Below, piece after piece: positions 38,361 through 51,450 of a stretch of DNA of 64,000 bases. Under the pieces are notes generated by a model. The model did not search any database, was not told where the DNA came from, and saw only the letters and a list, made by a program, of their open reading frames with translations. Source of the stretch: Felis catus (Eukaryota); assembly GCF_018350175.1 (NCBI RefSeq), contig NC_058368.1:87608001-87672000 (forward strand), written 5' to 3'. The first letter of the stretch is position 1. Each line of letters begins with the position of its first letter. Made by a program: the position numbers and the translations under genes.

Positions 38361-41300
38361 TTTGGTGTGATGTCAGAGTGAAGTTGACATAGAGGGCCTG
38401 GAGGTGAGTGAGGTTGTGACCACTGCTGAGGGGTGAGATGGCCCTGGGTCAGTGTGGAGGTCCCGGGAAGCAGCTGGATGGAAATGCAGGTTCGCATGTT
38501 CCATCCCATCACAGGGAATGACCCACTCTGGAGATGGGGAACGTGCTTTCACCTGCTTCTGATAGGAGCCAAGAGCTGAGACATGCTGTCAAGGACCTAG
38601 TGGGTGGACAGGCCACAACAGTGAGTGAGGCTCAGTCACACCAGTCTCCTTCGCTTACCTGCAGGGACTCTGGGGACTCCCATCACCTGACCCTGTTCCT
38701 CCAGGTGCAGATGGACACTGATGTGAAGACCCCTGTGCAGGATGAAGTGAGGTGTCAGGTGAGCCACCATCTGGGTCAGCATCACAGAAGCTGTCTCTTA
38801 ATCCTGGAGAACACAAATTCCATGTGACCTCAGTGCAGTGTGTCCCCTTTATGAGACTCAGGGAGTTCTTGGAAACCAGAGCATGGGGTAATCACACCTC
38901 CTTGGCACTTTCTCAGAAGGTTTTTTTCATAGCCATAAAGTGACAATCCAACACATCAGGAGGTTTCACTGCTGCTGCCAAGATCATTTACATTAATGAC
39001 TTGTTTGTTCTGGAAAAGTAAATGGAAGCCACGTGCACAAAATCACTACGGAGACAACCGAGTGGGGAAGGAAACCAGGAACAAGGAATCCAGCTAATTC
39101 TGACTCATCAGCAGGCCACCTGCTCCTCCTGCCCAGTGCACCTGCATGATGACCCCAGGTGAAGTTTTTGCTCTTCAAGGTGTCAGGAGAAAGGGACTGG
39201 GTTTTCATTTAGCAGTTCATTCTGGGAACTCAGTCCAAGGATATCTGGTGCCTTGTACCAGCAGCACACAACTGACTGTGAGGAAGAGACAAGGCCTCAA
39301 GCTGTGGATTCCAAATTTTCATGGTGCTCCTCCATGCTCCTTCTCCTCATGCATGCTTGGTTGTGGTGGGTTTAGGATTCTGAAAACCCAGATCTATTAG
39401 TGCCCAGAGGGAGCCATGGGTTCCCTGAAGCCCTGGTCATGGCCAGACCCCTTTCTTCCTGAGGACGGAGGCTCCATGCTGGGGGACAGATTGAGAGCTA
39501 TCACCACACCCCATCTCCAAATCCTATGTCCTGTGATTTCCTGTGACCCCATCCCTGACTGCACTGAGGGTGGGGAGTCCAGGTTCTAGTGCTGATGCTG
39601 ATGGTGCTGGAAGTCCCACAGGGTCCAGTCTGGGTCTGTTAGTGGATGTGTAGGTGGAGGAGTTCTGGGGGCTGAGGGTCCAACCTGGCTCTCAGTGAGT
39701 GAGACTCTGATGTTGGCTCTCAGTACAGCTGAGATCCCTTTCTCTCAGTAGAGGATTCAGCAGGGACCAGAGGCTGCAGTCCGTTTCTTACTATGTGAGC
39801 ATTGCTCATCCCAGGAAGATCTTCACCCACAGCTGGCACAGCCAGCTGACATCAGCCCCACTGAGACCTTAAGAGTCACAAGGCATCAAAGACTTTCCCT
39901 AAATGATCATGTGGTTGAAGAAACGTGGGAGCAGAGATGGTGACAGGCAGCAGAAATTTAACTTATAAGATAAAGGGCACTAAAGTAGTTAAAATAGCTA
40001 CCTATTCATTACCCAAGGTAAGAAGCCAGTTAATCTGCCATTACACCCACCTTTGTCCAAGCTCTTGTTATGCCCAGTAGCTTATGCTGAAGGAGCCGGA
40101 AAGCCCGGGATGTGGGGAGATGCCACCTCATGGACTGTCCTGTCCTGTTTGAATACAGAGACATCTCCAGCCTCATCCTGTGTCTGCAGTGTCCTCACAG
40201 CTGTCCTGGCTGGGAGAACTGCTTCCCCAATGACCTACAAGTCCACCTGAAAAACAAGCCAGAGACTGTATCCTGCAGAGTCCCCATATGATTCTGGAGG
40301 GTTCTGGGAAGAAGTTACTCCTGCATCCCCAAGGCCAGCTAGCCAGAGACTCAGGGAGCCCTGGGGGTGACCTACCTGGCAGGAACTTTAGCCCCTGAAC
40401 CACTAAGTGGCCTTAGTGAGCTGGCTATGCAGAGTAGTCCATGCAGCAGGCTGCAGGGGCTCAGGATGCAGGAGCTGGAGATTGAACACTGAACCCAAAG
40501 AGGGACACGAGGGCACCAGTGGTCACCTCATTCCACCTGCTGTGCTGAGGAGCATGGACTGAGATGTGTCCATGGGCAGTGCACACTTGATGTCTATGTG
40601 AAGCACTCAGGGTCTGCAATGTGCCCAACATGTTTGGTCAAGAGTCCCTCAGAGTTGTGAATTTACTCCCCAACACCTATCATGGTCTTGTCCTGAAGCT
40701 CCATCTGCCCTGGTCTCATGTCCATATGGATTTTTTTCTTTTCTTTTTTTCTTTTTTTTTTTTTTAAATCTACATCCAAATTAGTTAACATATAGTGCAA
40801 CAATGATTTTAGGAGTTGATTCCTTAGTGCCCCTTACCCATTTAGCCCATCCCCCCTCCCACAACCCCTCCAGTAACCCTCAGTTTGTCCTTCATATATG
40901 AGTCCCTTCTGTTTTGTCCCCCTCCCTGTTTTTTCTATTATTTTTGTTTCCCTTCCCATATGTTCATCTGTTTTGTCTCTTAAAGTCTTCATATGAGTGA
41001 AGTCATACGATTTTTGTCTTTCTCTGACTAATTTCACTTAGCATAATACCCTCCAGTTCCATCCACATAGTTGCAAATGGCAAAATTTCATTCTTTTTGA
41101 TTGCCAAGTAATACTTCATTGTATATATATACCACATCTTCTTTATCAATTCATCCATCAATGGACATTTGGGCTCTTTCCATACTTTGGCTATTGTTGA
41201 TAGTGCTACTATTAACATGGGGGTGCATGTGTCCCTTCGAAACAGCACATCTGTATCCCATGGATAAATGCCTAGTAGTAGTAGGGTAGTTCTATTTTTA

Positions 41301-43099
41301 GTTTTTTGAGGAATCTCCATACTGTTTTCCAGAGTGGCTGCACCAGCTTGCATTCCCACCAACAATGTAAAAGAGATCCTCTTTCTCTGCATCCTCGCCA
41401 ACATCTGTTGTGGCCTGAGTTGTTCATGTTAGCCATTCTGACAGGTGGAAGGTGATATCTCATGGTGGTTTTGATTTGTATTTCCCTGATGATGAGTGAT
41501 GTTGAGCATTTTTTCATGTGTCAGTTGGCCATCTGGATGTCTTCTTTGGAGAAGTGTCTAGTCATGTCTTTTGCCCATTTCTTCACTGGATTATTTGTTT
41601 TTTGGGTGTTGAGTTTGATAAGTTCTTTGTATATTTTTGATACTAACCCTTTACCTGGTATGTCATTTGCAAATATCTTCCACTCTGTCAGTTGCCTTTT
41701 AGTTTTCTTGATTGTTTCCTTCACCATGCAGAAGCTTTTTGTCTTGAGGTCCCAATCGTTCATTTTTGCTTTTGTTTCCCTTGCCTCCGGAGACATGTTA
41801 AGTAAGAAGTTCATGTAGCCGAGGTCAAAGAGGTTTTTGCCTGTTTTCTTCTCTAGGATTTTGATGGTTTCCTGTCTCACATCCTGTCTTTCATCCGTTT
41901 TGAATTTATTTTTATGTATGGTGTAAGAAAGTGGTCCTGTTTCATTCTTCTCCGTGTTACAGTCCAGTTTTCCCAGCACCATTTCCTAAAGAGACAGTCT
42001 ATTTCCCATTGGATGCTCTTTCCTGCTTTGTCAAAGATTAGTTGGCCATATATTTGTGGGTGCATTTCTGGGTTCTATATTCTATTCCATTGGTCTATGT
42101 GTCCATTTTTGTGCCAGTACCATACTGTCTTGATGATTACAGCTTTGTAATACAGCTTGAAGTCCAGAATTGTGATTGCTCCAGCTTTGGTTTTCTTTTT
42201 TAACATTACTTTGGCTATTCAGGGTCTTTTCTGGTTCCATACAAACCCTAGAATTATTTTTTCTAGCTCTGTGAAGAATGGTGGAGTTATTTTGATAGGG
42301 ACTGTATTGAATGTGTAGAATGCTTTGGGTATTATCGCCATTTTAACAATATTGATTCTTCTAATCCATGAACATGGAATGGTTTTCCACTTCTTTGTGT
42401 CTTCAATTTCTTTCATAAGTTTTCTATAGTTTTAAGCATGTGGATCTGTTACCTCTTTGATTAGGATTATTCCTTGGTATCTTATGGTTTTTGATGCAAT
42501 TGTAAATGGGATTGATTATTGATATCTCTTTCTCCTGCTTCATTATTGGTGTATAGAAATACAACTGATTTCTGTACATTGAGTTTATATCCTGTGACTT
42601 TGCTGAATTCATGTATCAATTCTAGCAATTTTTTGGTACAGTCATTTGGGTTTTCAATGTAGAATATCATGTCATCTGTGAAGAGGAATGTTGACTTCTT
42701 CTTTACTAATTTGGATGCCTTTTATTTCTTTTGGCTGTCTGATTGCTGAAGCTAGGACTTCCACACTATGTTAAACAACAGTGGTGAGTGGACATCCCTG
42801 TCGTATTCCTGATCTCATGGGGCACTCAATTTTTCCCCATTGAGGATGATATTAGCTGTTGGCCTTTCATATATGGCTTTTATGATGTTAAGGTGTGTTC
42901 CGTCTATTCCAATTTTCCTAAGGGTTTTTATCAGGAAAAGATGCATATTTTGTCAAAAGGTTTTCTACATCTATTGACAGGATCATATAGTTCTTACCTT
43001 TTCTTCTATTAATGTGGTGTATCACATTGATTGACTTGTGAATATTGAACGATCCCTGCAGCCCAGGAATGAATCCCACTTGATCATGGTGAATAATTA

Positions 43100-43127
43100 T
43101 TATTTTTTAGTTTTTTAATCTTTATAT

Positions 43128-43177
<50 letters not shown>

Positions 43178-43344
43178 GGCGAGCAGGGGAGGAACAGAGA
43201 GAGAGGGAGACACAGAATACAAAGCAGACTCCAGGCTCTGAGCTGTCAGCACAGAGCCCAGTGCTAGGCTTGAACTCATGAACCATGAGTTCATGATCTG
43301 AACCAAAGTCAGAGACTTAGCCAACTGAGCCACCCAGGCACCCC
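43100..43344 (-). mobile_element. Can-SINE with long (GA)n
   Basis: TSD TGAATAATT; (GA)n at 43131-43174. Confidence 0.95.
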
Positions 43345-43583
43345 TGAATAATTCTTTCAATACACTGTTGAATTCCATCTGCTAGTATCTTGTTGAGAAT
43401 TTTTGCATTGATGTTCATCAAAGATATTGGCTTATAATTCTCCATTTAAGTGGGGTCTGTCTGGTTTTGGAATCAAAGTATTGCTGGCTTTATAGAATAA
43501 GTTTGGAAACTTTTCTTCCATTTCTATTTTTTGGAACAGTTTGAGAATAATAAGTATTAACTGTTCTTTAAAACTCTGGTAGA

Positions 43584-43965
43584 TTGGCAATGAGAAAGAA
43601 TGAAATCTGGCCTTTTACAGCAATATGGATGGAACTAGAGGGAATTAGGTGAAGTAAGTCAGGCAGAGAAAGACAGATACCATATGTTTTCACTCATATG
43701 TGGATCCTGAGAAACTTAACAGAAGACCATGGGGAAGGGGAAGCATAAAAAAAGAGTTACAGAGAGGGAGGGAGGCAAACCATAAGAGACTCTTAAATAC
43801 TGAGAAGAAGCTGAGGGTTGATGGGGGATGGGGAAGAGGGGAAAGTGGGCGATGGGCATTAAGGAGGGCACCTTTTGGGATAAGCACTGGGTGTTGTATG
43901 GAAACTAATCTGACAATAAATTATATTTAATATAAAAAATAAAATTAATATTAAATACATTTTTT
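43584..43965 (+). mobile_element. Short L1 3' end inserted antisense into host L1
   Basis: TSD AAAA(C/G)TCTGGTAGA at 43570-43583 and 43966-43979; 3'UTR similar to 14700-14940. Confidence 0.93.
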
Positions 43966-44757
43966 AAAAGTCTGGTAGAATTCCCCTGGGAAGCCTTCTG
44001 GCCCATGATTCTTATTTATTGTGAGGTTTTAGATAACCAGTTCAATTTCCTTGCTGGTTATGAGTCTGTTCAAATTTTCTGTTTCTTCCTGTTTGAGTTT
44101 TGGGAGTGTGGAATTTGTCCATTTCTTCCAGGTTGTACATTTTGTTGGTGTATGGTTTTTCATAGTATTCTCTTATTATTGTTGTATTTCTGTGATGTTG
44201 CCTGTGATCTCTCCTCTTTCATTCATGTTTTTATCTATTTGGGTCCTGTCTCTTTTTTTTGAAAAGTCTGGCTAGGTGTTAATTGAATTTTTTTTTTTTA
44301 TTCTTTCAGAAGACCAGCTCTTAGATTCATTGATCTGATCTAATTTTTTGGTTTTTTGGATTCTATATTCTTTATTTATCCTCCAATCTTTATTATTTAC
44401 CTTCTTCTGCTGGTTTTGGGCTTTATTTCCTGCTGCTTTCCTAGCTCCCTTAGTTGTAAGGTTAGGTTGTGTATTTGGGACCTTTCTTGTTTCTTGAGAT
44501 AGGCCTGAATTGCAATGTATTTTCCCCTTATGACTGCTTTTGCTGTATCCCAAAGGATTTGAACCCTTGTGTTTTCACTTTCACTTGCTTCCATGTATTT
44601 TTTAACGTCTTCTTTATTTTCCTGGTTAACCCATTCATTCTTAAGTAGGATTTTTCTTTAACCTCAATGTATTTAGCATTTTTCGATTTTTATCTTATGG
44701 TTTATTCCAATTTTCATAGCATTGTGATCTGAAAATGTGCACGGTATGATCTTGATG

Positions 44758-44976
44758 TTTTTTTTTTCAATTTAATGTTTATTTATTTTTGACAGAGAGA
44801 GAGAGAGAGAGAACAAGTGGGAGAGGGGCAGAATGAGGAGGCACAGAATCCAAAGCAGGCTCCAGACTCTGAGCTGTCAGCACAGAGCCTGACACAGGGC
44901 TTGAACCCAACCAACTGTGAGATCATGACCTGAGCCAAAGTTGGATGCTTAACTGACTGAGCGATGCAGGCACCCC
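44758..44976 (-). mobile_element. Can-SINE
   Basis: Ends CAGGCACCCC; flanking ATCTTGAT repeat. Confidence 0.93.
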
Positions 44977-46284
44977 AATCTTGATCTTTTTGTAACTGTT
45001 GAGGGCTATATTGTTACCCAGTGTGTGATCTGTTTGGAAAATGTCCATGTACACTCGAGAAGAATATGTATTTTGCTGCATTAGGATGAAAAGTTCTGAA
45101 TGTATCTGTTAAGTCCATCTGGTCCAATGTGTCATTCAGAGCTGTGCTTTTCTTATTGATTATTTGCCTAGATTACCTGTCCATTGGTGTGAGTAGAATA
45201 TTAAACTCCCTACAACTAAGGTATTATTATCTATACATTTGTTCATGTTTGTGATTAATAGAGTTATATATTTCTGTGCTTCAAGTTGAGGGCATAAACA
45301 TTTATAATTGTTAGCTTTTCTGGATGGATAGATCGCTTAATTATGATATAATTCTTTTTCATCTCTTGTTACAGTCTTTAGTTTAAAATCTAGTTTGTCT
45401 GATGTAAGTATGGCTATTTCACCTTTCTTTTGACAACCAGTAGCATGATAAATGGTTCTCCATCACCTTTCAATCTGGAGGTGTCCTCAGATCAAAAATG
45501 AATCTCTTGTAGGCAGCATATCTATATGGATCTTGATTTTTTAACCATTCTAATACCTTATGTCTTTTGATTGGAGAATTTAGTCCATTTAAATTCAGTG
45601 TTATTATTAAAAGATACAGATTTAGTGTCATTGTGTTATCTGTAGGTTTCATGTTTGTGGTGATGTCTATAGTCGTTTGTAGTCTTTCCTGCTTTCCACT
45701 CACAGAGTCCCCCTTAAAATCTCTTGCAGGGCTGGTTTAGTGGTCATTAACTCCTTCAATTTCTTTGTCTCAGAAAGCCATTATCTCTCCTTCTATTCTG
45801 AAAGACAGCCTTTCTGCATAAAGAATTCTTGGCTGCATATTTTTCCTATTCAGCACACTGAATATGTCCTGCCACTCCCCTCTGGCCAAACTAGTTTCAG
45901 TGGACAGGTCTGCTACTACCCTTATGTGTTTACCCTTGTAGATTAAGGCCTGTTTGCCCCTAGATGCTTTCAGAATTCTCTCTTTATCTTTGTATGTTTC
46001 CAGTTTCATTATGACATGTTGTGTTGTTGAACTATTTTGGTTGATTTTGAAGGGAGTTCTCTGTGCCTCCTGGACTTGTATCCCTGTTTCTTTCTACAGA
46101 CTGGGGAAGTTCTCAGCTATAATTTGTTCAAGTAAACCTACTGCCCCTTTCTCCCTCTCTTCTTCTTCTGGCACTCCTATGATATGGATATTATTTTGTT
46201 TCATGGAATAATTTAGCTAATTCTCCCCTCATGATCTAGTAATTTCCTTTCACTCTTTTTATCAGCTTCATCATTTTACATAAT

Positions 46285-46489
46285 TAAAAAAATTTTTAAC
46301 ATTTATTTGAGAGACAGAAACAGAGCACAAGTGGGAGAGAGGCACAGAGAGAGGGAGACACAGACTCCGAAGCAGTCTCCAGACTCTGAACTGTGAGCAG
46401 AGAGCCCGACACAGGGCTCCAACTCAAGAACTATATCATGACCTGAGCTGAAGTCGGTCACCTAACCAACTGAGCAACCCAAGTGCCCC
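46285..46489 (-). mobile_element. Can-SINE
   Basis: Ends AAGTGCCCC; degenerate TSD ATCAT(T/G)TTACATAATT. Confidence 0.92.
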
Positions 46490-46647
46490 ATCATGTTACA
46501 TAATTTTACCTTCTATTTCACCTGTTGTCTCCTCTTTTTCTTCCATCCTTGCTGTCACTGTATCTACTTTATTTTGCCTCTCATTTACAGAATTTCTTAA
46601 TTCACCATGACTATTTCTTAACTCTTTGAAATCTGCAGCAATAGATA

Positions 46648-47026
46648 CTCTCCCCGTAATCCTCCTCCTGCCCACCCCTCTTCCCCCCGTCCTCATCCCT
46701 CATTGTCTCTCCTCACCTCTCCTCCTCTTCTCTCCTCTCCCACTTCTCCTCCTCCCTTCTGATTCCTCCTCTCCTCCTCCCCATACTCCCTCTCTTCCCT
46801 TCCCCTCCTCTACCTCTTCTTCCTACTCCCCCTCTTTCTCCCCATCCTCCCCTTCCCATCTTCTCTCACTTCCCCCTCTTACCTTCCCTGTCCTCATCTG
46901 CTTCTTCTCCCTCCCCCTCCTCTCCTTCCCACTCCTCCTCCCCTCCCCCTCCTCCCCTCCTTGTCTTCCTCCCTCATTCTCCAGCTCCCCTCTACATCCT
47001 CCCCTCCCCTCCTCCACCTGCTCCCC
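46648..47026. repeat. Polypyrimidine (CCT/CT-rich) low-complexity tract
   Basis: ~380 bp almost exclusively C/T. Confidence 0.92.
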
Positions 47027-48379
47027 AATACACTCTGTGGCTCCCGCGCGACTTGGCAGACTTAGAATTCTGCTTCCTTTACAGCCTAGTTGCTCTGCTG
47101 ATCCTTCTCTGGCCTCCAGGGCATGTGGGCCTGGTGTGGGCTAGGACTCAGCGCTACTGAGTTGCAGGAGAAACAGGACTCAGGGACAGTTCCAGCATGT
47201 CCCCCAATATCTGGTGAAGGGTGAGCTCCTTTACCTTCTAGTTGCCATTTTAAACTGTGGCTTTGTTTCTGTGTCCTGCACAGGTGGATCTACACACAGC
47301 CCCTCCCTGCTGTCCCTCCCCATGCAGTTCCCAGAGCCAGGAGTGGGGTCCCCGCACTACCAGAGTCTGTCTGTCCTGATGCTCAGTTCCTCCGGAGACA
47401 TTGCTGTATGAGTAGGCGTGGATTCTGCGTGTCCCTGGAAGAGCTGAGTTCCGGGTCCTTCTCATCTCTGTCTTAGACTGGGCCCTCCTGAGCTGCTTTC
47501 TTTCTCATCTCCTGACACTGTGTCGATTGCCTCTAATCTGCAGTTTTAATGGTTTATGGCACGTTGACCTTTCTGGCTTTATCCAGCGTCAGTTCCTTTT
47601 CCTAGCAGCCTGGGGCCTTCTCTGCTTTCCCTGCACCAGCAAGGCAGTATGTCAGTGTTCCCTGACCAGCTGACACTTTGCCCTCCTACAGCTTCCCACG
47701 TGTGAGATATGAAATCAGCAAGGACTGGAAAATAAAAGCCAAGAAACAAAAATCATCTCAGCTGATAATCAAAGTAAGAGGATAAATACAGATAAATCCA
47801 GCTGCAAAGTTAATAGGAAACCTCATGTAGCCCATGGTCATGCAGCAGGTGTGAAAGGGCCAGAAACAACCCCCATTTTAATAACTCCTGTTTCATACAA
47901 GTGAGGCCTCGTATCCCCTTTCCTGCAGTCCATTACCTGGGATGATCTACTACTCATCTACCCTTGCCTCGTGACCACAGGCCATGTTTAGTCACTGCTG
48001 TTCCCAGTCTTGCCTCAGACACAGCGTCTGCCCCCAAGTGGCCTTCACATCCCTGGACCCTCCTCAGAATCCTTCAGTGGGAACCTACACCTGACCAGGA
48101 AGGTTCACCGCCCCCTTTTGCCAAGTGCACACCCACAACACTCAAGACACCCTCCCTCACTGTACAGGTTGGGGAAATCTGGCTTTGGTCCTGGCGGTCC
48201 TTCCTGCTTTGGCTTACACAGACCATCCTTAGAATGCCCTTGTGGGGTTTGTCTCATCTTGTTCACCCATACTGTATATGGATCTAAGTCTTGGGCATAT
48301 TTTCAGAGATGATGTACATGTTTCCTACTCTACTATCTCATAAAAATCTCAGGTCTCTATCTAGTAATTATCTTGTAAA

Positions 48380-48443
48380 TAAGCTGCTTGATACATTTTG
48401 TTCTGGGTTTCAAAACTGCTTGGTTGAAACATATATCATGTGT

Positions 48444-48479
<36 letters not shown>

Positions 48480-48615
48480 TTCTGTGAAAGTGTCAACAAA
48501 ATGAGCATCCATCTCTCCCAAATTTTCCTTGTCTCCCTTTGTGATCTATCCCTCCGGTCCCTGCTGCTGATTTCCAGGGCCCACTGACCTGCTTTTTGTC
48601 ATGATAGATTAGGAA
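48380..48615 (-). mobile_element. Ancient L1 (L1MC-like) 3' fragment with (CA)n
   Basis: CATCCATCTCTCCCAAATTTTCCTTGTCTCCCTTTGTGATC..CCACTGACCTGCTTTTTGTCATGATAGATTAG resembles old L1MC 3' ends. Confidence 0.55.
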
Positions 48616-48906
48616 ATACAACCTGCCCTATAACGACAGGAAACAGCCCATGGTTAGTGACTGACTAACCACACTAACTGATGAGGAAGTCAAGGTTCAC
48701 ACAGAGGCCATCTAACACTCTGGAGAAAGTCACAGCAACAATACTTTTTTGTCTATCCCTCATCTGTTTCCCAGCTTTATTCATACATTTCTAAGATCCT
48801 GAAATCCCTCTAAGATTGGCTTCTGGGAAAAATAATACAGGCCTAAGTTTTGATCTTTTCTAAAATTTTAGGAGGTTTTTTTTTTTTTTAATTTTAGGAG
48901 GTTTAA

Positions 48907-49118
48907 TTTTTTTTTCAACGTTTATTTATTTTTGGGACAGAGAGAGACAGAGCATGAACGGGGGAGGGGCAGAGAGAGAGGAAGACACAGAATCGGAAAC
49001 AGGCTCCAGGCTCTGAGCCATCAGCCCAGAGGCCGACGCGGGGCTCGAACTCACGGACCGCGAGACCTTGACCTGGCTGAAGTCGGACGCTTAACCGACT
49101 GCGCCACCCAGGCGCCCC
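48907..49118 (-). mobile_element. Young Can-SINE
   Basis: TSD TAGGAGGTTTAA at 48895-48906 and 49119-49130; CpGs intact. Confidence 0.97.
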
Positions 49119-50236
49119 TAGGAGGTTTAAAGCTAAGTGTTGTGACATTTAAAATTTTCCCAACCTTCCTGTGAAACGTGGACAAATGCTACACACCCCA
49201 TCACTCATTGGAATAAGGGAGTTCAGAGCAGGAGTCGTGAAAAAAGAAAAAGCCGACACCAGGCATAGCGATAAGTAAGGAGAACATCGCTGCTGAGGAA
49301 GGAAGCTGGACTCCAGCCAACAGTCCAGGTGGAATCTGAGGGGCTGAAAGAGAATCCAGAGATGGGAGTGAGAGATGTAGCTTTTTGAATCATTCATAAG
49401 CTGCATCAAAGAAAGTGGAGATTTCTTTTTGGAACCCTAATTTTCCTGTCAAATAAAATGGGGTGTTGTCAGTAATGTGCTGACGTTGCTATATTTTGAT
49501 GAAGGTAGCAAGCACAGCTTCTTTATTTCCAGCACCGTGTAACTTGGAGACCATGGCAACCAAATACAGTTCAAAACGACAAAGGGTATAGGAAGTATAT
49601 GTTGTGACTGTTGTGTTGGAGGACCCTCAAAACCAACGTACATAAATAGGCTCAGAATGGGAGAAGAATCCGGGGTCAGCAAAAACGCTGTGAATGGGAA
49701 CTTCCTGTCTGGACAAGATGGTGTAGACACACTTTCTCTGGTCTCTCCAGTAAGCACCAATATAAACCCTGGAAGTAACATGGGGATCACCCAAAGTAGA
49801 ACTCTGGAAAGCAGTGAGAAGGAACAATGGAATGGCAGGGTGTCTTATTCTTCGCACCCATCCTACGAAGGGATTCATCTGGCGTTTCTCTCAATCTAGA
49901 AGCACAAGACAGCCATGTAGCCTCATTCTTCTCTGGATTGACTGGAGAACCGCTGACACCGAAGGGGACCCCCAGCCCAGTTCAGTCTGGATGGGATAGA
50001 CCTGGATCCTGGAAATGATGAGCACCACTGGAGCTGCCTTCTTCCCTGTGGGAACTCAGGTGTCCCTTCCTGTTGAGAGATGCTGAGGCACCAGACAGCA
50101 CCTGGAGAAAGCACCAGCACACCCAGGAAGCATCTGCAGGAGGGACCACTAGAACCAGCAGCACCTGCAGGAAGGACCTACCAGAACCAGGCAGTATCTG
50201 CAGGGGGCCTCCCACAGCAACAGCCATTCCAGGGAG

Positions 50237-50279
50237 ACACACACTCACATACACACACACACACACACGCACGCACGCG

Positions 50280-50320
<41 letters not shown>

Positions 50321-50322
50321 CA
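50237..50322. repeat. (CA)n/(CG) compound microsatellite
   Basis: Directly visible. Confidence 0.95.
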
Positions 50323-51219
50323 CATCATGTCATAATGTATTCTTCCTGCCTTCTGCCCTCCAGGGGATCCTGTCCAGGCTTTGTGCTCACAGATGTTGAC
50401 AAAGGGGCTCTGGGAGTCGAGGGTTCAGGGCACTTAGAAGCACGTGGACCCAGGAAAGTTCTCCATGTAAGGGAAACTGCTCCTGTACCTCATGCACTTT
50501 CAGGGCTGCCCTTCCTGCTGCCTCTCCGTGCTCCTCACCTTGCTCTCCTCAGGATTAGGGCAGAAGCTCTGAGCACCCGCCAGAAGTAGCAGATCGCAGT
50601 ACTCAGAGCAAACCAGCCAGGCACTGGAGAAAACAAAGCCTCTGGTCCAGGCAAGAGCAGCCCAGTAATATTCATTGTAGTCAAATGAGAACTCCTGGAA
50701 GCCTCTTCTGATTCGATAAGAAGGATTATGCATGCTAATTGGATAATCCTATTGGGCATCAACCAACCAGTGAGAAAAAGGAACATTGAGTCAGCTCTAC
50801 CTACAGGACTTTCCAAAGATGCCTGTGTTATAGCACCTGCATGCTTACAATTCATTTTAATGATTTTTAAAACCTTAAAAAAATAATGAATGAGGCCAAT
50901 GCATAGACACACACACACACATGCAGAAAAAAACAGCATCCTTAGCCTTATGAGGAGCTTTGAACTTTAACATTATTATCTCAGGCTGTTCCATTTTATT
51001 GCATTTTTCTCCTTTTTCCCTATGCCATTGGAAATCCTTGGGGGCCCTCCCAACTCTCACCTCTATACTGCGTTTCTTTACCAGACTGCCCCTAGGCACA
51101 AGTACATCATCACCTGATGTTTGGACAAAACACTGAGATGCTGGGAGGCACTAGTCATAACTGTGGCCTCCACACTGTCCACAGGCTCAGGCACTAAAGG
51201 AAATTCTCCACCTGCTGAT

Positions 51220-51450
51220 ACAGAAGACCATGGGGGAGGGGAAGGAAAAAAGAAAGATTAGAGAGGGAGGGAGCCAAAACATAAGACACACTTAAAAACT
51301 GAGAACAAACTGAGGGTTGATGGGGGGTGGGAGGGAGGGGAAGGTGGGTGATGGGTATTGAGGAGGGCACCTGTTGGGACGAGCACTGGGTGTTGTATGG
51401 AAACCAATTTGACAATAAATTTCATATTTAAAAGACAAAACAAAACAAAG
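51220..51450 (+). mobile_element. L1 3'UTR-only insertion
   Basis: ACAGAAGACCATGGGGGAGGGG..GGAAACCAATTTGACAATAAATTTCATATT, same as the young L1 3'UTR; A-rich tail. Confidence 0.92.

Larger units (their letters stand above)
40730..46645 (-). mobile_element. L1, 3'UTR to ORF1 N-terminus (5'UTR missing), with nested inserts
   Basis: Poly-T at 40730-40765; ORF2 fragments 41003-45703; ORF1 fragments 45770-46640 (KDKERILKASRGK, RMEEKEE..GEIEGKIM). Confidence 0.93.

Noticed and set aside
38360..39800. Possible immunoglobulin/TCR V segment (CAGGTGCAG start, CCCCCAGAACTCCTC motif)
   Set aside because: No conserved Cys/Trp framework, YYC motif or heptamer-nonamer RSS found in any frame I translated
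46626..47144. 172-aa Pro/Ser/Leu-rich ORF
   Set aside because: Artefact of the stop-free polypyrimidine tract
50080..50589. 169-aa ORF with HT repeats
   Set aside because: Runs through a (CA)n microsatellite; no recognisable domain
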